Below are positions 1 to 9,608 of a stretch of DNA of 64,000 nucleotides, piece after piece. This DNA is from an uncultured Bacteroidales bacterium (GTDB taxonomy: Bacteria; Bacteroidota; Bacteroidia; Bacteroidales; VadinHA17): positions 6,275 to 70,274 of the forward strand of contig CAVRBS010000011.1 in assembly GCA_963719235.1 (NCBI GenBank), in the 5' to 3' direction. The position numbers were made by a program, and so were the translations under genes. The notes under the pieces were generated by a model that ran no database searches, was not told the origin of the DNA, and worked only from the letters and a program-made list of their open reading frames with translations. Numbering within the stretch: the first letter of the stretch is position 1; each line of letters begins with the position of its first letter.

Positions 1-1
1 A

Positions 2-1114
2 TGGATTGATGCATATGAACTTATCAATGCCTGCAACACGCTGCTTCAGGATGATGTGCTTGCCATCCTTGATGCCGGTGATGCAGACAGGGTGAAGGGA
101 GAAGCAATGTTCCTGCGAGGTTGGACAATCTTTGAGCTGACAAGATTATTCGGCCTGCCCTATGAGCCTGGTCAGGCTAACAGCCAACCGGGTGTCCCGA
201 TAATGCTTACACCTACAGAGGATATTTCAGATGCTGTGAAAGTGCCAAGAAATACAGTAGCAGCATGTTACGCTCAGGCTATAGAGGATCTGACAACGGC
301 GCGTGATCTTCTGCCCGGAGAAAACGATGTATACGCAACCTCATTTGCCGCGAGGGCTGTGCTTGCCAGGGTCTATCTGCAGATGAGCAACTTTGCTGCA
401 GCTGCCACTGAGGCAAACTATGTAATTGAGAACGGACCGTTCACCCTGACGCCAACACCTTTGCAGGCGTTCAATAACTCGGCGAACTCGCCGGAGGATA
501 TCTTCGCCCTGCAGAACAACGTGGCATCGAATACCGACTGGCTTACTGTCATGTACGCCTCTCTTAACGGTGCCGGAAGAGGAGACTATGAGATCCAGCA
601 GGTGTTTCTCGACAGGTTCGACCCGGCAGATCTGCGAGGTAGGTACCAGGACGATACTGATCCTTCATCTACCATTGACGACATCACCACCATGTACTAT
701 ACGGGTGTTGGCAATATTGCAAACAGCGGCGGCATCAACACAGCAAAATGGGGCGATTACTACAGGAATATCCCCCTGATAAGGCTTGCCGAGATGTATC
801 TCATAAGGGCAGAAGCCAACTTTGAGGATCCGGCTGCCGATATCGGGCCAAACAGTCCGACTGAAGATATCAACGTTCTGCGTGCCAGGGCTCAGGCACC
901 GCTCTACGCTGCTGCAGGAAGAGATGAGATCAGGGAAGAGCGGTATCTTGAGCTTTGCTGGGAAGGCCACCGCTTTCACGACCTGAAGAGGTGGAAGGAA
1001 GACATCGGCGATTATGCCTATGATGCCGGTAACCTGATACTTCCGATACCTTTCAGGGAGATGGAGGTCAATGATCTTCTTGTACAGAATGAATGGTATA
1101 CTTCAGGCAAATAA
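2..1114 (+). CDS. SusD/RagB-family outer-membrane nutrient-binding protein, C-terminal ~370 aa (5' end lies left of the window)
   Basis: The frame of ORF 56..1114 stays open to the window edge (WIDAYELINACN...). C-terminal EERYLELCWEGHRFHDLKRW matches the conserved SusD/RagB C-terminal motif. A terminator follows. Confidence 0.75.
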   Translation, partial: WIDAYELINACNTLLQDDVLAILDAGDADRVKGEAMFLRGWTIFELTRLFGLPYEPGQANSQPGVPIMLTPTEDISDAVKVPRNTVAACYAQAIEDLTTARDLLPGENDVYATSFAARAVLARVYLQMSNFAAAATEANYVIENGPFTLTPTPLQAFNNSANSPEDIFALQNNVASNTDWLTVMYASLNGAGRGDYEIQQVFLDRFDPADLRGRYQDDTDPSSTIDDITTMYYTGVGNIANSGGINTAKWGDYYRNIPLIRLAEMYLIRAEANFEDPAADIGPNSPTEDINVLRARAQAPLYAAAGRDEIREERYLELCWEGHRFHDLKRWKEDIGDYAYDAGNLILPIPFREMEVNDLLVQNEWYTSGK

Positions 1115-1131
1115 ACTGACAGTCTATACCC

Positions 1132-1169
1132 AAAAAAGGAGGGTAGCTCTTGCTTCCCTCCTTTTTTTT
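1132..1169. terminator. Bidirectional rho-independent terminator between convergent genes
   Basis: Stem AAGGAGGG (1136-1143) / CCCTCCTT (1156-1163), with an A-run upstream and a T-run downstream. Confidence 0.6.
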
Positions 1170-1179
1170 ATCTGACCCT

Positions 1180-1277
1180 CAACCTTTCAACTTTCTCAAC
1201 CTTTCAACCTCTTTCAACCTTTCAACTTTCTCAACCCTTCAACCTCTTTCAACCCCTCAACTTCTCAACCTTTCAAC
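1180..1277. repeat. Tandem repeat of 12 CAAC-initiated 8-10 bp units, organised as about 2.9 copies of a 35-bp higher-order unit
   Basis: caaccttt caactttct caaccttt caacctcttt (35 bp) is repeated almost exactly, then a degenerate third copy follows. The right end overlaps the stop codon of the minus-strand Mo-subunit gene. Confidence 0.85.
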
Positions 1278-3414
1278 GCCAGCAGCACCCTCTCAGCCGT
1301 AAACGGTACTCTGAACAACCGCGCTCCGGTAGCATCGAAGATTGCATTACCAACAGCGGCCCCGACGGCTATGATGGCTGGCTCGCCTCCGCCCTGCGGG
1401 GCCTGATCCTTCCTGTCAAGGATAACGCAATCGATCCTGGGAACCCATGAAAACCTCGGTATCTGATATGTGTCAAAATTCCTGTCGGTAATGTTCCCTC
1501 CCTCAAACTTAAGCTCTTCAGAGAGTGTATATCCCAGGGCCATGGTGATGCAACCCTCCATCTGTATCAGTGCACCCTCGGGATTGACACACAGACCCAT
1601 GTCCTGGCTGCAGGCAACCCTAATTAACCTTTACTTTGCCTGTGGTTTTGCTGACTTCCACCTCGACTATCTCTGCCACCCAAGTCCCTGCATCTGTTCC
1701 GCAGGCAATACCTATACCTCTGCCTGAAGGAGTCTTGCCGGGAACATATCCGAATTTATCAGCAACTGACTTCAGGCAGGCGATCATCTTTTCATCTTTA
1801 AGGTTTTTAAGGCGGAATTCCAGCGGATCAATTCCTGCTGCCGAAGCCATGATGTCTATCTGTGTCTCACGCGCAAAGGTGTTGGTGTTATTATTTGGGG
1901 CGCGCCATGGCCCTGTATCGAAAGGATGTACGGGATATTTGTCGCTGTCCTCGCTGTAACTGGTGACTTTCATATCCGGCACATCATAGATCACTTCTGC
2001 TCCCCTCGTACCGGCTAGGTATACATGGTAATCCCACATCGTTATCTTCCCGTTTTTGTCGATACCTGAATTAACTTTTACCACCGCTGCCGAATGGAAA
2101 TTATCGTAAAAGAATTCCTCATCGCGGGTCCAGGCGACCATAACGGGTTTTCCTGTCATCCGTGCAAGCCTTGCTGCTTCAATACCCTGCTGGTAAGCGC
2201 TCTTCCCTCCGAAGCCTCCGCCGACAAATGGGGTTATGACCCGCACGTTCTCCCGCTGTGAGGCCGAGTTCCTTCACTATACCGTCCTGTAAGCCAAAGG
2301 GCGACTGTGTGGCAGCCCATACGGTAAGCTTTTCTCCCTCGGACCGGGCAAGGGCTGTATGCGTCTCCATCGGGGCGTGGGCAAGATAAGGATCATGATA
2401 TTCATGCTCAAAGACCTTGTCACATAGCAGACGGCCGGCTTTGATGTCGCCGGCAGTTCTGGCAACATTTTTTTTGTATTCTCCTTTATTGATATAGTCA
2501 TAGAGAGTTTTGTCGCTGACAGTCAACTCTTCGAATGAATATTCGGCGTTTATCTGAACGATGGCCAGATCAGCCAGGTAACGTTCTTCGCTTAACACGG
2601 CAATAAAATCACCGTCACGCACAACCTTAACACCCTCGATCTTCTCTGCCGGTGTGACATCAGCCGAAACCAGCTTCGCTCCGTGCGACGGCGGTCTCAG
2701 TATCCTGGCAAACAGCATCCCCGGAAGCTTGATGTCACCCGCATATTTTGCCTTTCCGGTCACCTTATCATATGCGTCACTGTGTTTCAGGGGCTTCCCG
2801 ACATACGTGAACTTTGAGTAGTCCTCGACAGGCGGTTTCACATCCAGGTATTTCTCCAGTTTCTTTCCTTTAGCCAGCTCCGCATAGGTGACACTGTTCT
2901 TTCGATTATTAGTATCGACAACAATCCCGTCCTTAACTTCAAGCTGACTGACAGGAACGCCCATCTGTTCTGCTGCCATCCCTGTCAGGACAGCCCTGGC
3001 CTCTGCTGCGGCAGCCCGCATGTTCGGTCCGAAAGCCCTGGTTGTCAGAGACCCCCAGGTACCCATGTCATAAGGACAAAGATCAGTGTCGCCCATTATC
3101 ATCTTTACCTTATCAAGCGGCACATTCAGTTCATCAGCCATCATCTGTGCAAGTGAGGTGATGATTCCCTGTCCCATCTCAATCTTTCCGGTGAAGCAGG
3201 TGACAGTGCCGTCCTCCGCTATATGAAGGAATGCATTGTAGTCCTTCGTGAGAGACCTTGGCTGTGGAGCTGGTGATGCAAGCAGGTCAAGCGCGTTCCA
3301 CGGCTGAAAGAAAATAAATATCCCTCCGCCGAGAATTTTAAAGAAGCTTCTTCTTTTCATTCCCGATGACTTTTCGCGGGATGTCTTATCTGTTGTTTCC
3401 TGTGATCTTTTCAT
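1265..3414 (-). CDS. Xanthine dehydrogenase/aldehyde oxidase-family molybdopterin-binding subunit (IorB-like), Tat-exported; split into three ORFs by two 1-nt frameshifts
   Basis: ORFs 2179..3492 (true start MKRSQ at 3414; twin-arginine MKRRSFFKILGG), 1620..2246 (RVITPFVGGGFGGK) and 1265..1600 are colinear pieces of one ~750-aa protein. The frame switches at CCC 2252-2254 and AATT 1622-1625. Confidence 0.8.
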
Positions 3415-3416
3415 GG

Positions 3417-3893
3417 CTACTTCCCTCCTGTCATTACTTTTGATGCATCTTCCACAGCATCGATGATACGCATATGTGCTCCGCACCTGCACAGGTTGTC
3501 TTCAAGGCCTTCGATGATCTCCTGTCTCGTTGGTGAATGGTTGTTGTTAAGCAAAGCGACAGCCGTCAGGATCATTCCGGGTGTGCAGTAACCGCATTGC
3601 AGGGCATCATGGTCCGCAAAGGCCTGCTGAAGAGGATGCAGCTTGCCGTCTTCTGCAAGGCCTTCAATGGTAATGACACTCTTGCCGGCCACATCAGCGA
3701 CAGCAACCGTGCATGACCTTACCGCCTCGTTATCAATCAGAACCGTACAGGTTCCGCAAAACCCTATCCCGCAGCCGTACTTTGTTCCTGTTAGACCGAA
3801 GTGGTCTCTGAGAACCCAGAGAAGGATCCTGTTCGGGTCAGTGACCAGTTCAGTTTCCTTGTTGTTCAGTTTGAACCTGATTGTCTCTTCCAT
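3417..3893 (-). CDS. (2Fe-2S)-binding small subunit of the molybdo-oxidoreductase
   Basis: Two 2Fe-2S cysteine motifs are present (CGIGFCGTC and QCGYCTPG...CRCG). The stop abuts the start of the Mo subunit. Confidence 0.9.
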   Translation of the reverse strand: MEETIRFKLNNKETELVTDPNRILLWVLRDHFGLTGTKYGCGIGFCGTCTVLIDNEAVRSCTVAVADVAGKSVITIEGLAEDGKLHPLQQAFADHDALQCGYCTPGMILTAVALLNNNHSPTRQEIIEGLEDNLCRCGAHMRIIDAVEDASKVMTGGK

Positions 3894-4489
3894 GTCTGTG
3901 ATGTCTTGTTTATCTCGTTAAAGTAATCTTCATTGGTATCAATATCCATTAGAACCGACGGGTTCTCCGTCTCAACCTCCAGGAGGTCATCAGGGTGTCT
4001 TCGCAGAATGCCCTTCAGTCCTTCAGGATCATCAAAGTTAATGATCTCATCGCGGTATTTTCCATCTAACATGAGGGGATGTCCGCGTTTATTTTCAAAA
4101 ACTGGAACCAGGATGCCTTTACCTGATTCCTGGTAGACATTAATCATTTGGTTAATGACTGAGGTCTCAACCATCGGCTGATCGCCCAAAAAAACCATGG
4201 CAGCGCGAAAGTCGCCGGGTAAGAATTCAAAACCGCATTTAACTGATGACAGCATACCGTCCTGATAGTCTTTGTTATAACAATGCAGCACAGGAAGTTT
4301 ATCAATCACCTCCAGTACTTCATCTTTATGTGAGCCAAGCACAGTCACCACCTTCTCAACGTCAGAAGCCAGGACATTTTCAAGTACCTTTTCAATGATT
4401 GTCATCCCTTCATAAGGAAGTATCATTTTAGGCGAGCCCATCCTCTTTGACTCGCCACCGGCAAGCACTATCGCCCAGATTTCTCCCAT
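3866..4489 (-). CDS. MobA/MocA-like nucleotidyltransferase (molybdenum cofactor nucleotidylyltransferase)
   Basis: N-terminal IVLAGGESKRMG NTP-transferase loop. It sits between XdhC and the Mo-enzyme subunits. Confidence 0.75.
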   Translation of the reverse strand: MGEIWAIVLAGGESKRMGSPKMILPYEGMTIIEKVLENVLASDVEKVVTVLGSHKDEVLEVIDKLPVLHCYNKDYQDGMLSSVKCGFEFLPGDFRAAMVFLGDQPMVETSVINQMINVYQESGKGILVPVFENKRGHPLMLDGKYRDEIINFDDPEGLKGILRRHPDDLLEVETENPSVLMDIDTNEDYFNEINKTSQTWKRQSGSN

Positions 4490-4581
4490 CAGTTGTCAGT
4501 TATCCGTTATCTGTTGTCAGTTTTTTTGATTAAAGCCACATGTCAAACTATTGCCTGTTGCCTATTGCCTAATGCCCCATT

Positions 4582-5661
4582 TTACTTTAACCTTCGCTTA
4601 AGAACGAGTTGTGCCGCAATACTCACCGCAATCTCCTCTATGGTCTTTGAGCCTATCTCAAGACCTATCGGAGTGCATATTTCCTGCCACTGTTCTTCAG
4701 TTGCCCATTTGTTTTTTATGAATTCCTCATGCATTTTGGCCACTTTCTTTTTGCTTCCCATCATCCCGACATAAGCAGCCGTAGAGCCAATGCATGGCTT
4801 CAGGGCTTCAGCATCGTGGCTGTGACCGCGTGTTACAATGGCTATGTATGTATTGTTATCCTTCTTTTCTTCCTTCATCGCTTCGCCAATATCCTTCACG
4901 ATGATATGGTCGGCATCAGGGAGGTTGGCAGGATTGGCATACTCTTTCCTGTCATCGATGACTGTTACCTCAAAATCAAGCAGCCTGCCGAGGTGTGACA
5001 AAGCTCTTCCAATGTGTCCTGCTCCTGCTATCACCAGCCTGGGAAGAGGCACGACTGGCTCAAGGAAGAACTTTGCAGTTTGTTTCTCGCCAGGAACAGG
5101 AAGATCAAGTTCCTTAAGCACTGCGCCGGCAGGCGATGAAAGCAGGTCACTGACTTCCTGCATGATTTTCCCCTTGAAATGATCGGGCAGCGACAGATCT
5201 GTATCGCCGGTCGCCCAGAAACGTTTGACCAGAACATGCGGATCTCCCCATACAGTTAACTGGGTGAGAAGCACTCCCGGCATACCCGAAGCAAGCGATT
5301 TCCGCATATCGCGAAAGACTGGCAGGCTTACAAGAGGGTCCGCATCGACAAGTATAGAGATGGTACCTCCGCACACAGCCTCTTCCTTCATTTCGATATC
5401 ACTGTCGAGCGAAAAGTGCAGGTACGCCGATTCTTTAGTTGAGAAGCATTTGCCCGCATATTCCTGTATTTTGCTTTCGACTATTCCGCCTCCGACAGTT
5501 CCGGCAATCAGAGTGTTTTGAACGAACAGTGCTGAGCATCCGGGTTTCTGTGGAGTAGAGCCCCTGCTGGCGGTGACGGTGGCCAGGACAAGTCCCTGTG
5601 GCTGTTGGTCCGGCTCTGTGATCTGGAGGTAGATATTTTTCATCTGTCTGTAATGTACCAA
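4582..5661 (-). CDS. XdhC/CoxI-family molybdoenzyme maturation protein
   Basis: XdhC-like N-domain plus a Rossmann-like LVIAGAGHIGRAL...VTVIDDR segment. The start may instead be MKNIY at 5643. Confidence 0.8.
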   Translation of the reverse strand: MVHYRQMKNIYLQITEPDQQPQGLVLATVTASRGSTPQKPGCSALFVQNTLIAGTVGGGIVESKIQEYAGKCFSTKESAYLHFSLDSDIEMKEEAVCGGTISILVDADPLVSLPVFRDMRKSLASGMPGVLLTQLTVWGDPHVLVKRFWATGDTDLSLPDHFKGKIMQEVSDLLSSPAGAVLKELDLPVPGEKQTAKFFLEPVVPLPRLVIAGAGHIGRALSHLGRLLDFEVTVIDDRKEYANPANLPDADHIIVKDIGEAMKEEKKDNNTYIAIVTRGHSHDAEALKPCIGSTAAYVGMMGSKKKVAKMHEEFIKNKWATEEQWQEICTPIGLEIGSKTIEEIAVSIAAQLVLKRRLK

Positions 5662-5869
5662 ATATAATAAACCTGGTGGATTTTCATCACATCATGCCGG
5701 TCTGGGTATACCGGACCAAACTGAGCCACCCAATCCGGAGTGAACCGGCCGGTTGAGTTTGGTTATGGTATTACTACGTTCAACTAAAATCAGATTCAGA
5801 GCGTATGCGATATATTTAGACAAAAATATTTTGAGGTAAGGAAAAATGGATTAATTTTGCATCTCTTTT

Positions 5870-5947
5870 GGTGCGGTAGTTCAGTTTGGTTAGAATATCG
5901 GCCTGTCACGCCGAGGGTCGCGGGTTCGAGTCCCGTCCGCACCGCCA
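5870..5947 (+). tRNA. tRNA-Asp (anticodon GTC), with encoded CCA
   Basis: A hand-folded cloverleaf is consistent: acceptor GGTGCGG/CCGCACC, anticodon stem TCGGC/GCCGA with loop CTGTCAC, T-arm GCGGG-TTCGAGT-CCCGT, discriminator G, CCA. Confidence 0.95.
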
Positions 5948-5956
5948 AGACCTTCA

Positions 5957-5992
5957 AAATCCGATTAAATATTCATCGGATTTTTTATTTTT
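5957..5992 (+). terminator. Rho-independent terminator of tRNA-Asp
   Basis: Stem AAAATCCGAT (5957-5966) / ATCGGATTTT (5975-5984), followed by TTATTTTT. Confidence 0.7.
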
Positions 5993-6029
5993 CCGGGCCC
6001 GCTGAATGCTTGCATTCAAAAGGGACAGG

Positions 6030-6061
6030 AAAAATAGAAAAAAAGGTTGCGCCAGCAACCT
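6030..6061 (-). terminator. Rho-independent terminator of the minus-strand GPH transporter transcript
   Basis: Stem AGGTTGC (6044-6050) / GCAACCT (6055-6061). On the minus strand it is followed by TTTTTTTCTATTTTT. Confidence 0.65.
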
Positions 6062-6087
6062 GATTTTGAAGGTCTTGAAAAGGAAAC

Positions 6088-6245
6088 CTCAGGATGAAAG
6101 GGTCCGACCGATCCGAAGGGAGGTCAATCCCGGCATTTAGATGGAGGAGAGGGTCCGTCCTGACCGGGCGCAGCGAGCGTCAGGACAATCCCGGAATTCC
6201 AATTGAGGAAAGGGCCCGGTCGGGTAAAACCAGGCCATCACTGCT
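6088..6245. repeat. REP-like intergenic repeat array (about 3 units), copy A
   Basis: Shares the 20-mer cctcaggatgaaagggtccg (6088-6107 = 10695-10714). A 50-mer at 6151-6200 matches 10708-10757 at 46/50. The unit contains the hairpin GTCCTGAC...GTCAGGAC. It lies between the transporter stop (6278) and its terminator. Confidence 0.8.
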
Positions 6246-6277
6246 TATGGCCTGCCAGGATTTAGGGTCGGAATTTC

Positions 6278-7655
6278 TCAATGGGGTATTACGTCGATCT
6301 GATTCTCCTTTTCACGCAGCCCACTCAGTTCCTTTTTCATGATATCAGTGGTCTTGGAATCGATTTTATAAAACAGCATGAAAATGGCGCACGACATATA
6401 TAAGATACCAGGAATTACTGAGACCAACAGTTTAATTCCGGTGATTGCTGTTTCGGATTGAACCGCATTGGGTACGAACTTTGAGATTGCGAGTATCCAG
6501 CCGGCAATAGCCGCACCAATTCCCCATCCGGCCTTTTGAGCAAAAACAGCAGCTGAGAAGTACAATCCTGTAGCTCTCCGGCCTGTTGTCCATTCACCGT
6601 AATCAGCCGCATCGGCAATCATGGTCCATAGCAGGGGAACAGCCGGCGCATAGGCCATCTTGGCAATAATGTTAAAAGCATAAATGGTCGGGAGGTTGTC
6701 TACCCCAGGAAGATATATCAGCATAAAAAAGAGTCCCGAGATCAGGGAGCTGGCAATAAAAACATTTTTATTCCCAAACCTTTTGGCAAGTGGTTTGGAG
6801 AAAGGCAGCGCTGCAATTAAGGCAACGGTACCGATTACGTTAAAAAGCTGAACATTGTTTTCGCGGCCCAAGGTAGTATTTGAAATAATAGGCAATGGCT
6901 GCATTTTGCATGGCGAACATAATGAATGAAATAATGCCTACCAGGGCCAATATTATCCAGGCTTTGTTCCTGAACAGATTTCTAATGTCTTCTTTCAGTG
7001 AATTCACTTGCTCTTTGGGAGGTTGAACGCGCTCCCTGGTTGTTTTAAAGGTTATAAAAAAGAATATTAAGCTCAGTCCTGCAAACAAAATTACAGTATA
7101 CTGGAATCCCTGGGCTTTATCGCCGCCGCCGAAAAATTCGGCCAAGGTCAGTGCCAGTCCGGTCACCACAAATTGGCCGGTGAAGCCGGCGATGAAACGA
7201 TAAGTATTCAATCCTGCCCTTTCATACGTATCATCGGTCATTACAGCTCCCAAAGCCGAATAAGGCAGATTAATAGTTGCATAGGCCGTCATTAAAAGAA
7301 TGTAAGTTGCTCCGGCGTAAAGAATCTTACCTGTTTCGCCAAAATCAGGTGTTGTAAAAGTCAGAATAGCCAAAACTGCATAAGGAACAGCACCGAACAG
7401 TATATATGGTCGGAATTTACCCCAACGTGTGCTTGTCCTGTCGGAGACTATACCAATTATCGGATCAATGCCCATGTCCCAAAACCTGGCGATAAGCATA
7501 ATAGTACCTGCAGCAGCAGCAGAAATGCCATACACGTCGGTATAAAAGAACAAGAGCCAGAATCCGACCATGTCCCATACAAAGTGGGAAGCGGTATCGC
7601 CCAAACTATAACCTACTTTTTCTTTAAAGGAGAGCTTCGCAGTTATTTTTTCCAT
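6278..7655 (-). CDS. MFS transporter, glycoside-pentoside-hexuronide (GPH):cation symporter family; one frameshift
   Basis: GPH loop motif DPIIGIVSDRTSTRWGKFRPY. ORFs 6840..7655 and 6278..6904 are colinear, with a frame switch at GGCCC 6865-6869 (YFKYYLG / RENNVQLFNV). Confidence 0.8.
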
Positions 7656-7713
7656 TATTTCTTTGAATTGAAAATTTTGTATGGACTAAAGATAATGTTC
7701 TCTTTAAAACCAT

Positions 7714-9384
7714 TTATTGTTTGGCAGCAGGTTTACTTTTCCGAGCTATTTCGTTCGCCCAATCGCCTCTGAATATTATTTTCTGATCGTGAATTTTGAA
7801 ACTGCACTTTCCGTAATGAACTGTAACCCCTGCGGAGGCATTTACAATCCAACAATTATCGGGGATCTTAAAAAAGCGCTCAAACTCAATGTTTTTCTTT
7901 TCAAGCTGATCTTTAATTGAAACGGTTGCCTGTTCGCCAACTTCCCAACCTATATGGGTATTGTAACTAACCCGTACTTCATCAGCCAGTTTAAAAGCCT
8001 CTTTCGACTGAATTTTTGTTTTCACACAGGCAATTTTTCCGTCATTCAAGTCTTTATCGGGCGTAACTTCTATGATCAAGGTGGGTAATTCAATTGGCTT
8101 ATCGGAGGCCAAGATCATGATGGATTCGGTTTTGACCAGCTTGTTTTCTTTGTTATAAAACTCAAATGCAAGTTCCATGTCCTCAATTCCTTCTGGTGAA
8201 ATGCTGAGTTGGTCGGCAAAATAGCCTTCTTTAACTATATTTTTTGAAAACAGCACTTTATCATCCAGCTTGACGGTTACTTTGCTCACATCTTTATCAG
8301 TAAAAAGCTCCAATGGGATTTGTCCCGATTGATAAATATTGTTCTTCTTAGGGCTGATAATCAATGCTTTCATATAATCGCGCATGGCAAACCAAACCGG
8401 ACGCGGCGTACCGAATTTATCATCTGCATCGCTGTAGCCCCAGAAACCAAACCATTCTTCGGGTTGATCGGCGTTGTGATAATGTGCATCGCCGCCTTTC
8501 CACCAGCCATCGGCGTAATAAAACGGACACATGCCTGTGGCTCCCGCATCAATCAGATCCCGGTAATTGGCAATGAGACCATTGCTTTGCTGAGTAAGAG
8601 TATTGCCACCGTAACGGCCATATCCTTTATGCGAAACGGAATATCCAAATTCGGTGCAAATAAAGGGCTTTGCAGTATCTCCATTCAGGCTGATCAATCC
8701 TTTAACATAATCCTTAAAACCCATGGTAGCCGTCTGAGCTTCAGTGTGATCGTAACAATTATAGGCATATACATCAAAGATATTTTCATCAATATAATCG
8801 CTTATCATGGCGTTGGCAGAAATGGTTACAGGAACGCCTGTATGTTCTTTGTGAATAATTTCCGTTAAAATTTTCATCAATTCCACAAAAGCTTTTCCGG
8901 TAACTTTATGAATATGATCGGTTTGTGGTTCATTCAGAATGAGGTAAGTAATGATGCAATCATATTTTTTAGCATAACTCATTACCCGCATCAGCTTCTC
9001 CTGACATTCCCGGATAAATATCGGATCGCCATAATCTCCTTCCGGATTGATATCAATACCCATAATCAGTTTTAAACCCGAAGCTTGTACAAGTTTTAGT
9101 TGTGGTTCAGTGAACTGGCTCCAGGTTCGAATAGTATTGTAACCACCTTCTTTAATCACTTTCAGGTCGAATTTCATCAAATCCAAATCATCGGCACGTA
9201 CACCCTCGTAAGGATGCTGGCCAGGACGTGCGCCAATTTCATAACCAAGGGCTTTGATAAAATATTTTTCGTTATTAAGGTAGTACCAGTTGTCCTTTAT
9301 TTCCAGTTTAGTTTTTGATTGTGCATATCCTGAAAACAAAACTAACTGGCACAATAAAAATAAAAGCCCAACTTTGTTTTTCAT
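7714..9384 (-). CDS. Secreted clan GH-A (beta/alpha)8-type glycoside hydrolase with a C-terminal beta-rich region; family not assignable by eye
   Basis: Signal peptide MKNKVGLLFLLCQLVLFSGYAQ (the ORF extends to 9438). LILNEPQ and ICTEFGYS look like acid/base and nucleophile strands. Paralogous to the N-terminal domain of 47582..50765 (shared DGWWK...EEWFG block). Confidence 0.55.
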   Translation of the reverse strand: MKNKVGLLFLLCQLVLFSGYAQSKTKLEIKDNWYYLNNEKYFIKALGYEIGARPGQHPYEGVRADDLDLMKFDLKVIKEGGYNTIRTWSQFTEPQLKLVQASGLKLIMGIDINPEGDYGDPIFIRECQEKLMRVMSYAKKYDCIITYLILNEPQTDHIHKVTGKAFVELMKILTEIIHKEHTGVPVTISANAMISDYIDENIFDVYAYNCYDHTEAQTATMGFKDYVKGLISLNGDTAKPFICTEFGYSVSHKGYGRYGGNTLTQQSNGLIANYRDLIDAGATGMCPFYYADGWWKGGDAHYHNADQPEEWFGFWGYSDADDKFGTPRPVWFAMRDYMKALIISPKKNNIYQSGQIPLELFTDKDVSKVTVKLDDKVLFSKNIVKEGYFADQLSISPEGIEDMELAFEFYNKENKLVKTESIMILASDKPIELPTLIIEVTPDKDLNDGKIACVKTKIQSKEAFKLADEVRVSYNTHIGWEVGEQATVSIKDQLEKKNIEFERFFKIPDNCWIVNASAGVTVHYGKCSFKIHDQKIIFRGDWANEIARKSKPAAKQ

Positions 9385-9608
9385 TTGACCCCGTCCGAAG
9401 GGAGCCGAAAAAGTGCGGGAAAGGGAGATTTCAGTCATGGGATTTTATATTCAGATTACATTATTTGTAAATTTAAACGGGTTCTTGCTATTTTCAAAAT
9501 TTACTGCACCCCGGTACTCTGAGGACTCAGGTTAATCCGCAACAATGATCGTTTGTATTGCCTGGGCGCTTATCTGCACTTCAACAGAACGATTACCGAG
9601 TGACAGCT

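Noticed and set aside
570-979. ORFs 570..779 (+) and 665..979 (-) inside the SusD gene. The same class of call occurs elsewhere, for example 8320..8868, 33865..34350, 54059..54718 and 58027..58794.
   Set aside because: These are alternative-frame or antisense shadows of long, well-supported genes. They have low-complexity or Arg/Ser/Cys-rich translations and no motifs.
1180-1277. Possible CRISPR array or promoter array at the CAAC tandem repeat.
   Set aside because: The repeats are contiguous with no spacers and are far shorter than CRISPR repeats. The site lies between convergent gene ends, so a promoter function is implausible.
5857-6063. A 68-aa ORF spanning the tRNA-Asp region.
   Set aside because: It overlaps a perfectly folding tRNA and two terminators, and the translation is meaningless.
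6094-6342. ORF 6094..6342, together with ORFs 10627..10893, 10697..10906 and 10737..10961.
   Set aside because: They lie on the REP-like hairpin repeats. The two repeat arrays are conserved at the nucleotide level, not in any one frame. The products are Arg/Gly/Ser-rich.
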